Assembly (NCBI GenBank): GCA_965202805.1
Contig: OZ241869.1
Span: forward strand, 1,408,001 to 1,472,000
Origin: Longimicrobiales bacterium
GTDB lineage: Bacteria; Gemmatimonadota; Gemmatimonadetes; Longimicrobiales; Gaopeijiaceae
Reading direction: 5' to 3'
Length of the DNA stretch: 64,000 nucleotides
Part shown: positions 27,134 through 36,215 of the stretch, piece after piece
Layout of the letters: each line of letters starts with the position of its first letter
Position numbering within the stretch: position 1 is the first letter of the stretch
Program-made: the position numbers and the translations under genes
Notes under the pieces: model-generated
The model's input: only the letters and a program-made list of their open reading frames with translations
Told to the model about the DNA's origin: nothing
Databases searched by the model: none

Positions 27134-28350
27134 ACCTCCCGCAGCACCCGCAGCGTATTCCCGCCCATCACCTTGCCGATGTCCTCGTCCGAGTACCCTT
27201 CCCGCACCAGCCAGCGCAGGATGTTGTGCGACGCCTCGGTGGGGTTCTCCACCCCCTTCACGTACTCGACCTCGTCGAACGGCGGATTCGGGTTGGGCGC
27301 CTGCTCCGCCGCCGAGCGCGACTCCTTGATCGACAGGTTGGCCGCGTACACGTGGTGCAGCCCAACGTGGTCCCCGTAGACGGAATCGGGGCCGAAACTC
27401 ACATGGTCGATGCCCACGAGCGCCTTCACGTACTCGAAGTGCTCCATGAAGGCCTCGATCCCGTGCACCGTGTTGTTGCGGGTCAGGGTGGTGTGGGGGG
27501 CCGCTTCGATCCCGATCACGCCTCCCCCGGCCGCGCACGCCTCGAGCACGTCGTCGGGCGCGAGGCGGTTCGACTCCCAGAGGGCGCGCGCGCCGATGTG
27601 CGAGAGCACGATGGGATGCTCGCTCCACTCGATGGTGTCGAGCGTCGTCCGGTCGCCGCAGTGCGAGCAGTCGATCAGCATCCCCAGCTTGTTCATGCGC
27701 CCGACGGCCCGCCGGCCGAACATGGTCAGCCCGCCGTCGCCCGGCTCCTTCAGCCCCGAGCCGAGCGCGTTGGCCTCGCTGTAGGTGACCCCGAGCGCCC
27801 GCACGCCGAACCCGAAGAGCAGATCGATGCGGTCGAGCTCGTTTTCGATCATGGCCGCGCCCTCCATCGACGCGACCCACGCCACCTTCCCCTCCCGGTG
27901 CGCCCGCAGGATGTCGCCCACCCCCAGGCAATGGATGAGGAAATCCTGGTGCGCCAGGTCGCAAAGCCGCATCCCGAAGTCGTGCAGCACGTCGTCCCAC
28001 TTCCAGCCCCCGTGCGACTGGATGGTGCAGATACCGTCCAGCAGATTGTCGAAGACGGCGTCCCAGCACGAGTGCCTGAGGCCCTCGAACGCCGTCGCCA
28101 TCCGCCCCGCGCGCACGTACGCCGGGGTCTCGCGCACGTCCCGCGGGAAGACGCCCGCGTGCTCGTGCAGCGAGATCATCACCAGCTCGGAGGCCAGCCG
28201 CGCGGCGCGCGCTTCCTCTTCGTCCGAAAGCGGCACCAGCCATGGCTCGACGCGCCCGACCTGGGCCGCCAGGTCGAAGGGCGTGTAGTCGGCGCCCGGC
28301 TCGAGGTAGGAGAAGGACCGGTATCCGTCGCTGGTCTTGTCGGCGCCCAT
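27124..28350 (-). CDS. Membrane dipeptidase family (peptidase M19)
   Basis: SMEGA, GVRALGVTY, GLTMFGRRAVGRMNKLGMLIDCSH, LSH, GIDHVSFGPD and VMGGNTLRV. Confidence 0.87.
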   Translation of the reverse strand: MGADKTSDGYRSFSYLEPGADYTPFDLAAQVGRVEPWLVPLSDEEEARAARLASELVMISLHEHAGVFPRDVRETPAYVRAGRMATAFEGLRHSCWDAVFDNLLDGICTIQSHGGWKWDDVLHDFGMRLCDLAHQDFLIHCLGVGDILRAHREGKVAWVASMEGAAMIENELDRIDLLFGFGVRALGVTYSEANALGSGLKEPGDGGLTMFGRRAVGRMNKLGMLIDCSHCGDRTTLDTIEWSEHPIVLSHIGARALWESNRLAPDDVLEACAAGGGVIGIEAAPHTTLTRNNTVHGIEAFMEHFEYVKALVGIDHVSFGPDSVYGDHVGLHHVYAANLSIKESRSAAEQAPNPNPPFDEVEYVKGVENPTEASHNILRWLVREGYSDEDIGKVMGGNTLRVLREVWP

Positions 28351-28593
28351 AAGCGCTCCGGGAAGTGGGTGGGTTCGGCGCTGGAGAAGACGGTTCGCCG
28401 CCGGGGAAGCCGGACGCAACCCGATGCACCGGCTCCGCGAGCCCACAACATGGAGTCCCGGCGCACCGGGGGCCAGCCATTGCCGCGGGAGGTGCCCGCT
28501 ATTGCCAACGGCGCGCCCGAAGGTGTATTTCAAGCGCGGCAATTCCACGCTGATCACGCCCCATATCCCTCCCACCCCTGGAATCCCTCCGAA

Positions 28594-29181
28594 TTGACTC
28601 GCTGGACCCGCCTATCCCGCGCCATCGACGGGGTCAACAACCGCATCGGGCGATGGACCTCCTGGCTGTGCCTGCTGATGGTGCTCGTCACGGCCTACAA
28701 CACGGCCGTGCGCTACCTCGGCGGCTACTTCGGCTTCAGGCTGAGCTCCAACCTCTACCTGGAGCTCCAGTGGTACCTGTTCAGCCTGCTCTTCCTGCTC
28801 GCCGCCGCCTCGGCGCTCTGCAACGGCGAGCACGTGCGGGTGGACATCCTCTACAGCCGCCTGTCGGCCAGGGCCCGCGCCTGGATCGATCTCCTCGGCA
28901 CCGTCGTGCTGATGATCCCGTTCTCGGCGGTGACGCTCTGGCTCTCCTGGCCCGCCATCCGCAACTCCTGGGCGGTGCGGGAGATCTCCTCCGATCCCGG
29001 GGGCCTGCCCCGCTATCCGCTCAGAACCTTCATCCTCGTCTGCTTCCTGCTCCTCATCGTCCAGGGCATCTCCGAGATCATCAAGAAGACCCGGATCCTG
29101 CGCGGACTCAGAATGCAGGGGAACGGCGCGCCCGACGAGGAGACCGACTCGGAACCCCGCGTGACGGGGGGCATCGCCTAG
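28594..29181 (+). CDS. dctQ: TRAP transporter small permease
   Basis: ELQWYLF, HVRVDILY, SSDPGGLP; 4 TM. TTG start at 28594 is approximate. Confidence 0.88.
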   Translation: MTRWTRLSRAIDGVNNRIGRWTSWLCLLMVLVTAYNTAVRYLGGYFGFRLSSNLYLELQWYLFSLLFLLAAASALCNGEHVRVDILYSRLSARARAWIDLLGTVVLMIPFSAVTLWLSWPAIRNSWAVREISSDPGGLPRYPLRTFILVCFLLLIVQGISEIIKKTRILRGLRMQGNGAPDEETDSEPRVTGGIA

Positions 29182-30504
29182 ATGGAGAATCTGCTCGCGC
29201 CGCTGATGTTCATCGGCGTCTTCGCGATGATCTTTCTGGGATACCCGGTGGCCTTCGCGCTGGGCGGCACCTCCCTGATCTTCGCCTTCATCGGCATCGC
29301 CATGGGGCTCTTCGACTGGGGGCTGATGTACGCCCTGCCGCAGCGCATCTTCGGGGTGATGTCCAACCTCGTCCTGGTGGCGATCCCCTTCTTCATCTTC
29401 ATGGGGGTGGTGCTGGAGAAGTCGCGCCTGGCGGAGGACCTCCTCACCACCATCGGCAAGCTCTTCGGGACGTTGCGCGGCGGACTGGCGCTGGCGGTGG
29501 TCTTCGTGGGCGCGATGCTGGCGGCGGCGACGGGCGTGGTGGGGGCGTCGGTGGTCGCGATGGGGCTCATCTCGCTCCCCATCATGCTGCGCTACGGCTA
29601 CTCGAAGACGCTCTCCACCGGGGTGATCCTGGCGTCCGGAACCCTCGGACAGATCATTCCGCCCAGCGTCGTGCTGATCGTGCTGGCCGACCAGCTGGGC
29701 ATCTCGGTGGGCGACCTGTTCCTGGGCGCGCTGATCCCGGGGCTCTCGCTGGCCGGCATGTACGCGATCTACGTGGGGCTGGTCGCCAAGGTGCGCCCCG
29801 CGTCCGCGCCCGCCCTCCCTCCCGAGGTGCGCGACGCCGCGGGCTGGAAGCTGGCGCGCCAGGTGCTCACCGTGCTGATGCCGCCCCTGGTGCTGATCCT
29901 GCTCGTGCTCGGGAGCATCTTCGCGGGGATCGCCACGCCCACGGAGGCGGGGGCGGTGGGGGCGGTGGGCGCGATCGGGCTCGCGGCCGCCAACCGGCGA
30001 CTGTCGTGGAAGGTGCTCCGGGAGGCCAGCGAGTACACCACCTCCCTCACCGCCATGGTGATGTTCATCCTGGTGGGCTCGACCGCCTTCGCGCTGGTCT
30101 TCCGCGGGCTGAACGGCGACCTCTGGATCGAGCACCTGCTCACCACGCTGCCGGGCGGGCGCATCGGCCTGCTGATCGTGGCCAACCTGGCGATCTTCGT
30201 GCTCGGCTTCTTCCTCGACTTCTTCGAGATCGCCTTCATCATCATCCCGCTGCTCGCCCCGGCGGCCGCCCTGCTGGGCATCGACCTGGTCTGGTTCGGG
30301 GTGATGATCGGGATGAACATCCAGACCTCGTTCCTGACCCCGCCCTTCGGCTTCGCCCTCTTCTATCTGCGGGGCGTGGCCCCACCCGACGTGCGAACAT
30401 CGGAGATGTACCGGGCGGTCATCCCCTTCATCGTGATCCAGCTCATCGGGCTGGTCCTGATCATGACCTTCCCTCAGATGGTCACGGGGCTCCTGAACCG
30501 ATAA
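29182..30504 (+). CDS. dctM: TRAP transporter large permease
   Basis: GYPVAFALGG, AIPFFIFMG, SGTLGQIIPPS, GIATPTEAGA and SFLTPPFGFALFYL. Confidence 0.92.
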   Translation: MENLLAPLMFIGVFAMIFLGYPVAFALGGTSLIFAFIGIAMGLFDWGLMYALPQRIFGVMSNLVLVAIPFFIFMGVVLEKSRLAEDLLTTIGKLFGTLRGGLALAVVFVGAMLAAATGVVGASVVAMGLISLPIMLRYGYSKTLSTGVILASGTLGQIIPPSVVLIVLADQLGISVGDLFLGALIPGLSLAGMYAIYVGLVAKVRPASAPALPPEVRDAAGWKLARQVLTVLMPPLVLILLVLGSIFAGIATPTEAGAVGAVGAIGLAAANRRLSWKVLREASEYTTSLTAMVMFILVGSTAFALVFRGLNGDLWIEHLLTTLPGGRIGLLIVANLAIFVLGFFLDFFEIAFIIIPLLAPAAALLGIDLVWFGVMIGMNIQTSFLTPPFGFALFYLRGVAPPDVRTSEMYRAVIPFIVIQLIGLVLIMTFPQMVTGLLNR

Positions 30505-30505
30505 C

Positions 30506-30531
30506 TACTGGTATCTACTGGCGTTTACTGG
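30506..30531. repeat. TACTGG x3 at an exact 10-bp period
   Basis: TACTGG at 30506, 30516 and 30526 in an AT-rich patch right after the dctM stop. Confidence 0.75.
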
Positions 30532-30596
30532 TAATAGCGGCCGAAGCGCGATCCGGGGGGCTTTGTGATGTCACCGCCGCGAGTGCGCCCGGCGGG

Positions 30597-31826
30597 TTAC
30601 GCGCCCTGCCCGAACGCGGCGCTGGCGTAGGCCCACTCCGCGCGACCGAACCACTCGAAGGCCTCCGTGCGGAACGCCGACCAGTGGTCGTACACGCGGC
30701 GGTAGGTGGCGTCGGCAGCGGCTCGCTCCGCCAGAATCTCCTGTGAAGCCACGCGCGACACTTCCATGATCTCGGGAGAGAAGGCGCGCAGCTGGACCCC
30801 GCCTTCGACGAGGCGCCGGAGGGCGGCCGGATTCCTGGAGTCGTACGTGGTCTCGACGCCGTGCGCGGCCGAGCGCACCGCCACCCGGAAGGCCTCCTGA
30901 TACGTGGAGGGCAGCGAGTCCCACGCGTCCCGGTTGACCTGGAAGGTGGTCGAGGGTCCCGGCTCCCACCAGCCGGGGTAGTAGTAGAACCGGGCGGCGT
31001 TCTGGAAGCCCAGCTTCTCGTCGTCGTAGGGCCCCACCCACTCGGTGGCGTCGATGGCGCCCCGCTCGAGCGCCGGATAGATCTCCTGGGCGGCGAGGTT
31101 CTGGACGGTCACCCCCAGGCGGTCCATGACCTCCGCGCCCAGCCCGGGGATGCGCATCTTCAGCCCGTTCAGGTCCGCCGGGGTGTTGATCTCGCGGCGG
31201 AACCACCCGCCCATCTGCGCGCCGGTGTTTCCGGCCGGCAGGGGGATGATGTTGAAGTCGGAGAAGATCTCGCTGATGAGCTCGAGCCCGCCCGCGTCGT
31301 ACAGCCAGGCATGCTGCTGGCGGGAGGTGAGGCCGAAGGGCACGCAGGTGTCGAAGGCGAGCACCGGCGCCTTGCCCGTGTAGTAGTAGCTCGGGCTGTG
31401 TCCCACCTGCACGGTGCCCTGCTGCACCGCGTCCATCACCTCGAAGGCCGGCACCAGCTCGTTCGCCTCGTAGACGCGCATCTGGAAGCGCCCGTCGGTC
31501 ATCGCCGCCATCGACTCGGCGGCGCGGGTGGCGGTGTCGAAGATGGCGTCGACGGTGCGCGGATAGCTGGACGCCAGCCGCCAGCGCACGTTCGGGTTGG
31601 TGATCACGGCGGGAGCGCCACCCGCACCGGCGCTTTCCTGCTCGCCGCCACACGAGGCGGCCAGCACCCCGGCCGCGGCGGCTCCGACCGCCGCCTTGCC
31701 GAGAAACGCCCTTCTCTCCAGGGTCGACGGCGCTTCCGTCAGGTGGCCGCCCTCGTGATCCGCCGCGGCGGCCTCTGCGCCCGGCCGGCCGCCTTCGACC
31801 GTTCCGCTCCGGGAGTCGTTGTCCAT
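30597..31826 (-). CDS. dctP: TRAP substrate-binding protein (TakP-like subgroup), Tat lipoprotein
   Basis: RRAFL twin-arginine motif and LAASC lipobox; GNTGAQMGGWFRREI, GLKMRIPG, ALERGAIDATEWVGPYDD and YYYPGWWEPG. Confidence 0.9.
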   Translation of the reverse strand: MDNDSRSGTVEGGRPGAEAAAADHEGGHLTEAPSTLERRAFLGKAAVGAAAAGVLAASCGGEQESAGAGGAPAVITNPNVRWRLASSYPRTVDAIFDTATRAAESMAAMTDGRFQMRVYEANELVPAFEVMDAVQQGTVQVGHSPSYYYTGKAPVLAFDTCVPFGLTSRQQHAWLYDAGGLELISEIFSDFNIIPLPAGNTGAQMGGWFRREINTPADLNGLKMRIPGLGAEVMDRLGVTVQNLAAQEIYPALERGAIDATEWVGPYDDEKLGFQNAARFYYYPGWWEPGPSTTFQVNRDAWDSLPSTYQEAFRVAVRSAAHGVETTYDSRNPAALRRLVEGGVQLRAFSPEIMEVSRVASQEILAERAAADATYRRVYDHWSAFRTEAFEWFGRAEWAYASAAFGQGA

Positions 31827-31973
31827 GGGTACCCGATCCTTTGTGCTTTCTGCGTGTTCGGTTGCGCGCCCGGGCGCCTTCTCGCCGCCGGAGCACGCGC
31901 AAGTTAGCCAGAAGTCATGCGGGGCGCACCGCGCAGGTGGGCCCCGCCGCCCGCAGGCCGCCTCGACTCCGCC

Positions 31974-33236
31974 TCAGCGCCGCTCCTCGGCGACGACCGA
32001 CGAAGCGATCACCATCCCCAGGAACTCGTCGATGGCGCCTCCCTGGATCCAGCGCGCGACCACCACCAGGTCGTTCTCGCGATCGACGTAGACCAGGTTG
32101 GTCCCCGCCCCCCGGTGGCTGAACGACGACTCCGGCGTGCTCGCGTACGAACGCTGGCCGGTGTTCAGGAAGAAGTTCATGAACCCGTACATCTCGTTGA
32201 CCGTGCCCGGCGTCTCCGCCATGTCCAGCCATTCCTCGGAAAGGAGCTGCTCGCCGTCCCAGTTGCCCTTGTGCAGCGTGAAGTAGCCGAAGCGGGCCTG
32301 GTCCTCGGCGCTCAGGTTCATCCCTCCGCCCCAGTGGGTCCCGCCGCTCACCGACTGCATCATCTCTCCGTCGACGTTCACCCACGAGTTCCCGTAGCCG
32401 TACCAGCGCCAGGTGTTGGACGCGCCGATGGGGTCCATGATGTGCTCGCGCAGCACCTGCGGCAGGGGCCGGCGCCAGACCTGGAGCGCCGCCAGCGCGA
32501 GCAGGTTCACGCGCACGTCGTTGTACTTGTAGGCCGTGCCGGGCGCGTTGCGCGCGCGGTTGCGGTTGGCCGCCACGTCCCGTCCGGGCCGGTCGCCCCA
32601 GTCGGGCTTGCCCCAGAGGGTGCCCTCCCAGTCGCTGGTCTGGCGCAGCAGATGATCCCAGGTGATCCGGCGGTTGTGCTCGGAGTCGAAGAGCGACACC
32701 GGGGTCGGAACGCCGCGTCCGTCCGCCTCGCTGCCGGGCTCGCCGTCGCCCACCGGCAGAATCAGCGGGGGCATGTACTCGTGCACCGGATCGTCGACAT
32801 CGCGGATGAGACCGCGGTCCCACGCCAGCCCCACGGTGGAGGAGAGGAAGCTCTTGGCCACGCTGAAGGTCGGATCGACGCGCCGGGTCTCGCCCCACTC
32901 GGCGACGATGTAGCCGTCCTTCACGACGATGCCGCTCTGCGGGCCCCGCACCTTGAGCGGACCGATGGCCTCGTCGAAGGGCTCGGTGTTCCAGCTGAGC
33001 GCGTGCGCCACCTCCAGGTCGCGCGGCGCGGTGCTCTCGCTCGCGATGGCGAAGTCGACCGCCTGCTGCAGGAGCTCGGGGTTCATGCCCATCGACTCGG
33101 GGGACCTGCGCTCCCAGTCGCCCGCCGGGGGAAAGTAGGCGTCCTGCGCCTGCAGGCCGGTGGCGCCCAGCAGAACGACCGCGGCGGCGGCGAAGAGTGG
33201 TGCAAGGGCGGGATGGGGCCGCTGTGCTGACTTCAT
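31974..33236 (-). CDS. Secreted serine hydrolase, beta-lactamase/AmpC-like family
   Basis: Signal peptide; FSVAKS (SxxK), HLLRQTS, PGTAYKYND and HRGAG. Confidence 0.85.
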   Translation of the reverse strand: MKSAQRPHPALAPLFAAAAVVLLGATGLQAQDAYFPPAGDWERRSPESMGMNPELLQQAVDFAIASESTAPRDLEVAHALSWNTEPFDEAIGPLKVRGPQSGIVVKDGYIVAEWGETRRVDPTFSVAKSFLSSTVGLAWDRGLIRDVDDPVHEYMPPLILPVGDGEPGSEADGRGVPTPVSLFDSEHNRRITWDHLLRQTSDWEGTLWGKPDWGDRPGRDVAANRNRARNAPGTAYKYNDVRVNLLALAALQVWRRPLPQVLREHIMDPIGASNTWRWYGYGNSWVNVDGEMMQSVSGGTHWGGGMNLSAEDQARFGYFTLHKGNWDGEQLLSEEWLDMAETPGTVNEMYGFMNFFLNTGQRSYASTPESSFSHRGAGTNLVYVDRENDLVVVARWIQGGAIDEFLGMVIASSVVAEERR

Positions 33237-33387
33237 GGGAATCACCTCGTTCGGGGGCGAGAGACGGACGGTTCGCACACGGGGAATGCCGGTTCGCGAG
33301 AGGGGATATCATACGTCGCGGCGCGCGAGACGCGACAGGTGACGGGGAGAGCCTGGCCTGGACGCGGTCCAGCGCGCGTGCTTCCGA

Positions 33388-33421
33388 GAACGCCCGCAAT
33401 CGCCGAACGCCCGCAATCGCC
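33388..33421. repeat. Perfect 17-bp tandem duplication (gaacgcccgcaatcgcc)x2
   Basis: Read directly; intergenic. Confidence 0.85.
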
Positions 33422-33490
33422 TGCCGGCCTCCGCGCCTTCGCCTGGGCGCGCCCACGGGTCCGGATGTCGAGGCGTACGGGTGACCCACC

Positions 33491-34702
33491 CTACGACACC
33501 TCGCCCACCTGGTGGCCCAGCTCTCTCAACTCCGCGACGATCTCCGCGACATGGGCGCGCCCGCGCGTCTCGATCTCCATCTCGATGCCGACGTGGCCGA
33601 CCGAGATGTCCCCGAAGGCCCTCGTGTGTTCGATGTGGAGGACGTTGGCCCCGGCGATGGCGACCACCGCGGTGACCTCGTTCAGGTAGCCCGGCCGGTC
33701 CCGCACCACCACCGAGAGGCGCGCCAGGCGACCATCGGCCCACAGCCCGCGGTCGATGATCTTCGAGGCCACGTTCATGTCGATGTTGCCGCCGGAGAGG
33801 ATGCACACCGTCACGTCCGCGGGACCCAGGCGGATCCTGTCGCTCAGAATCGCCGCCACCCCCACCGCCCCGCCGCCCTCGACCACCATCTTCTCCGACT
33901 CCATCAGGAAGAAGATGGCGCGCACGATCTCCTCCTCGTCGACCACGACCACGTCGTCCACCAGGGCCTGGATGTGCGGGAAGGTGAGGTCGCCGATGCG
34001 CTTCACCGCGATCCCGTCGGCGAGGGTGTCCGAGCGTTCCAGGTGGACCGGTCGCCCCGCCTCCAGCGACGCGACCGCGCCCGGCGAGGCCGCCGCCTCC
34101 ACCCCGATGACGCGGGCGTGCGGCCGGCGCGCCTTCACCACGGTCGCGACCCCCGAGATCATCCCACCGCCCCCGATGGGTATCACCAGCGTGGTGAGGT
34201 CGGGAACCTGCTCCAGGATCTCCAGCGCCATGGTCCCCTGCCCCGCCATCACCGCGGGGTCGTCGAAGGCGTGAACGCCGGTCAGGCCCTCCTCCTCGAC
34301 CAGCTTCTCGACGCGCGCCATGCCGTCGGTGAGGGTCGCGCCGGTCTGGATCACGCGGGCCCCATAGCCGCGCGTCCTGGTCACCTTGATCAGCGGCGCG
34401 GCGTCGGGCATCACGATGGTGCACGGGATTCCCAGCCGCGCCGAATGGTACGCGAGCGCCTGGGCGTGGTTGCCCGCGCTGGCCGCGACCACCCCGGCCT
34501 CCCGCCCCGCCGGCTCCAGCAGAAGCAGGCGGTTCAGCGACCCGCGGTCCTTGAACGAGCCCGTCCGCTGCCGGAATTCGGTCTTGAAGTGAACGCGCCC
34601 GAGCCGGGACCGGTCGAGCCCGAGGGAGCGCGGGCAGCCGGTCTCCACGATCCCGTCCCCGATGCGTCCGCGGGCCTCGATGATGTCGTCGTAGGAGAGC
34701 AT
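33491..34702 (-). CDS. ilvA: Threonine ammonia-lyase with a single C-terminal ACT domain
   Basis: QRTGSFKDRG (PLP lysine), ASAGNHAQ, PIGGGG, LSGGNID and ACT motif DRPG. Confidence 0.88.
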   Translation of the reverse strand: MLSYDDIIEARGRIGDGIVETGCPRSLGLDRSRLGRVHFKTEFRQRTGSFKDRGSLNRLLLLEPAGREAGVVAASAGNHAQALAYHSARLGIPCTIVMPDAAPLIKVTRTRGYGARVIQTGATLTDGMARVEKLVEEEGLTGVHAFDDPAVMAGQGTMALEILEQVPDLTTLVIPIGGGGMISGVATVVKARRPHARVIGVEAAASPGAVASLEAGRPVHLERSDTLADGIAVKRIGDLTFPHIQALVDDVVVVDEEEIVRAIFFLMESEKMVVEGGGAVGVAAILSDRIRLGPADVTVCILSGGNIDMNVASKIIDRGLWADGRLARLSVVVRDRPGYLNEVTAVVAIAGANVLHIEHTRAFGDISVGHVGIEMEIETRGRAHVAEIVAELRELGHQVGEVS

Positions 34703-34838
34703 GTCACAAACCTGTGCGGCGCCGCCGACAACTCAAGCCCCCGGGCCCCCTTCGGCCTTGTCCGGGCAGCGCCGTTCCGGCTAGCTTTGGGCCGTCGTCA
34801 GAACCCCCTCGGGACTTCATCCAGCCGGAGATTCCTCC

Positions 34839-35129
34839 ATGATCGAATGGATCATTCCGTTCGCTCTCTACCCCACCCTGGCCGCCCTCTACTACGGCGG
34901 CGCCCCCATACGCTTCGAAGGCCCCGACAACGCGCGCCAGCTGCTGGGCGTGTTTCTCGGGCTGGTCCTGTTCGTTGCCGTTTGGGGCGTGCTCAAGACG
35001 GTCATTCAGCCGATGACCGGGCAGATGATCGGCCTCGCGTTCGCATCCCTCCTCGCGTCGTTCGCGCTGCGCCCCGGCTGCAGGCTGGGTTGCCGGCTGG
35101 TGGGCGTTCGGGTCGTAGACGACCAGTAG
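34839..35129 (+). CDS. Small hypothetical membrane protein (3 TM)
   Basis: GGAG RBS; fills the intergenic space; hydrophobic segments. Confidence 0.65.
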   Translation: MIEWIIPFALYPTLAALYYGGAPIRFEGPDNARQLLGVFLGLVLFVAVWGVLKTVIQPMTGQMIGLAFASLLASFALRPGCRLGCRLVGVRVVDDQ

Positions 35130-35143
35130 CCTTCCGGCGCGCG

Positions 35144-35929
35144 TCAGTCCATCTGCCAGACGACGAGCAACTGCACGACGCTCTCGTCGCGGGTCGTTCC
35201 CAGCTTGTTGGTCCAGAGCTGGTACTCAACCCCCACGTGAAGGACGTTCGCGGCCCCGGTGAGCGCCTGGCCCAGATCCCATCTGAGCTGAGGCTGGGCG
35301 AGGATGCTCCCCGGGTAGTCCCTGCCCAGTTCGTCGGTGACGGCCCCCATGTACTCGGCGTGGCCGGTGAACGAGAACGACTGACTGCCCAGCTGGAAGA
35401 CGGATAGCCAGCTTACGTCGAAGTTGAAGCTGTCCCCGGTGCTCGGCGCGCCGCCCGCGTCCAGACCGCTGCTGGCGTCGATGAAGGCCGCCAGGATCGT
35501 GTTCACGAAGATGAATCCGGGCACGCTCCAGCCCAGTTCCACGCCCGGCAGGTATCTCAGGACTTTCGACTGGATGCCCAGGTTTACGCCGGTGACCAGC
35601 CGCACATCGTTCACCGGCCCGAAGCCCGCGCCGCCCGCCGCCAGTGAACCCAGACTCAGCGTCGGATACCACTCCCCGTAGAGATCCCGATCGTTGAACT
35701 CGTCGGCGACCCCGTCGGTCGAGTAGTCGAGGAAGAAGAAGGAACCTCCCGCGCGCCATCCACCGGCGTGTTGCAGCGTGAAGATGTGGGTCGGCACACT
35801 GGCGGCGGAGAGCGGGTTCAGGATGCTGCCGCGCTGGTAGTGGAGCTCCAGTTGCGCCGATGCGGGCGCGGGGAGGAACGCCGCAGTTGCGACGACAGCC
35901 GACAGGAGGGTTGAGGATCGACGACACAT
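35144..35929 (-). CDS. Tsx/DUF5020-like outer-membrane channel (putative nucleoside channel)
   Basis: Signal peptide; TLQHAGGW..G..FFFLD, YGEWYP, LAQPQLRWDLG and GVEYQLWTNKLG beta-strand pattern. Confidence 0.7.
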   Translation of the reverse strand: MCRRSSTLLSAVVATAAFLPAPASAQLELHYQRGSILNPLSAASVPTHIFTLQHAGGWRAGGSFFFLDYSTDGVADEFNDRDLYGEWYPTLSLGSLAAGGAGFGPVNDVRLVTGVNLGIQSKVLRYLPGVELGWSVPGFIFVNTILAAFIDASSGLDAGGAPSTGDSFNFDVSWLSVFQLGSQSFSFTGHAEYMGAVTDELGRDYPGSILAQPQLRWDLGQALTGAANVLHVGVEYQLWTNKLGTTRDESVVQLLVVWQMD

Positions 35930-36215
35930 GGTGAATCTGCCCTCCCGGAATTCGCTCCCGGCCCGAGTTTCCTTCATCTCCCTGGCAGGCGCATTCTACG
36001 GGGCGGCAAGACATGCGGCCAGCGAGCGCACGAGGCGGACGGACCGCCGGATGACGCCGTGTCGGCGGATGGAGCGGTCTCGACGGACGACGGACGGCCC
36101 CGGGCAAGCGAGCCCGGCGGAAACGTAGTATCCTGATGCGATACACCCGGCAGGACGCGCCAGCCCGCTTCGCCGGGCCCCCACGGCGTTCAGGGACTCT
36201 CGACACAAACAGGTC

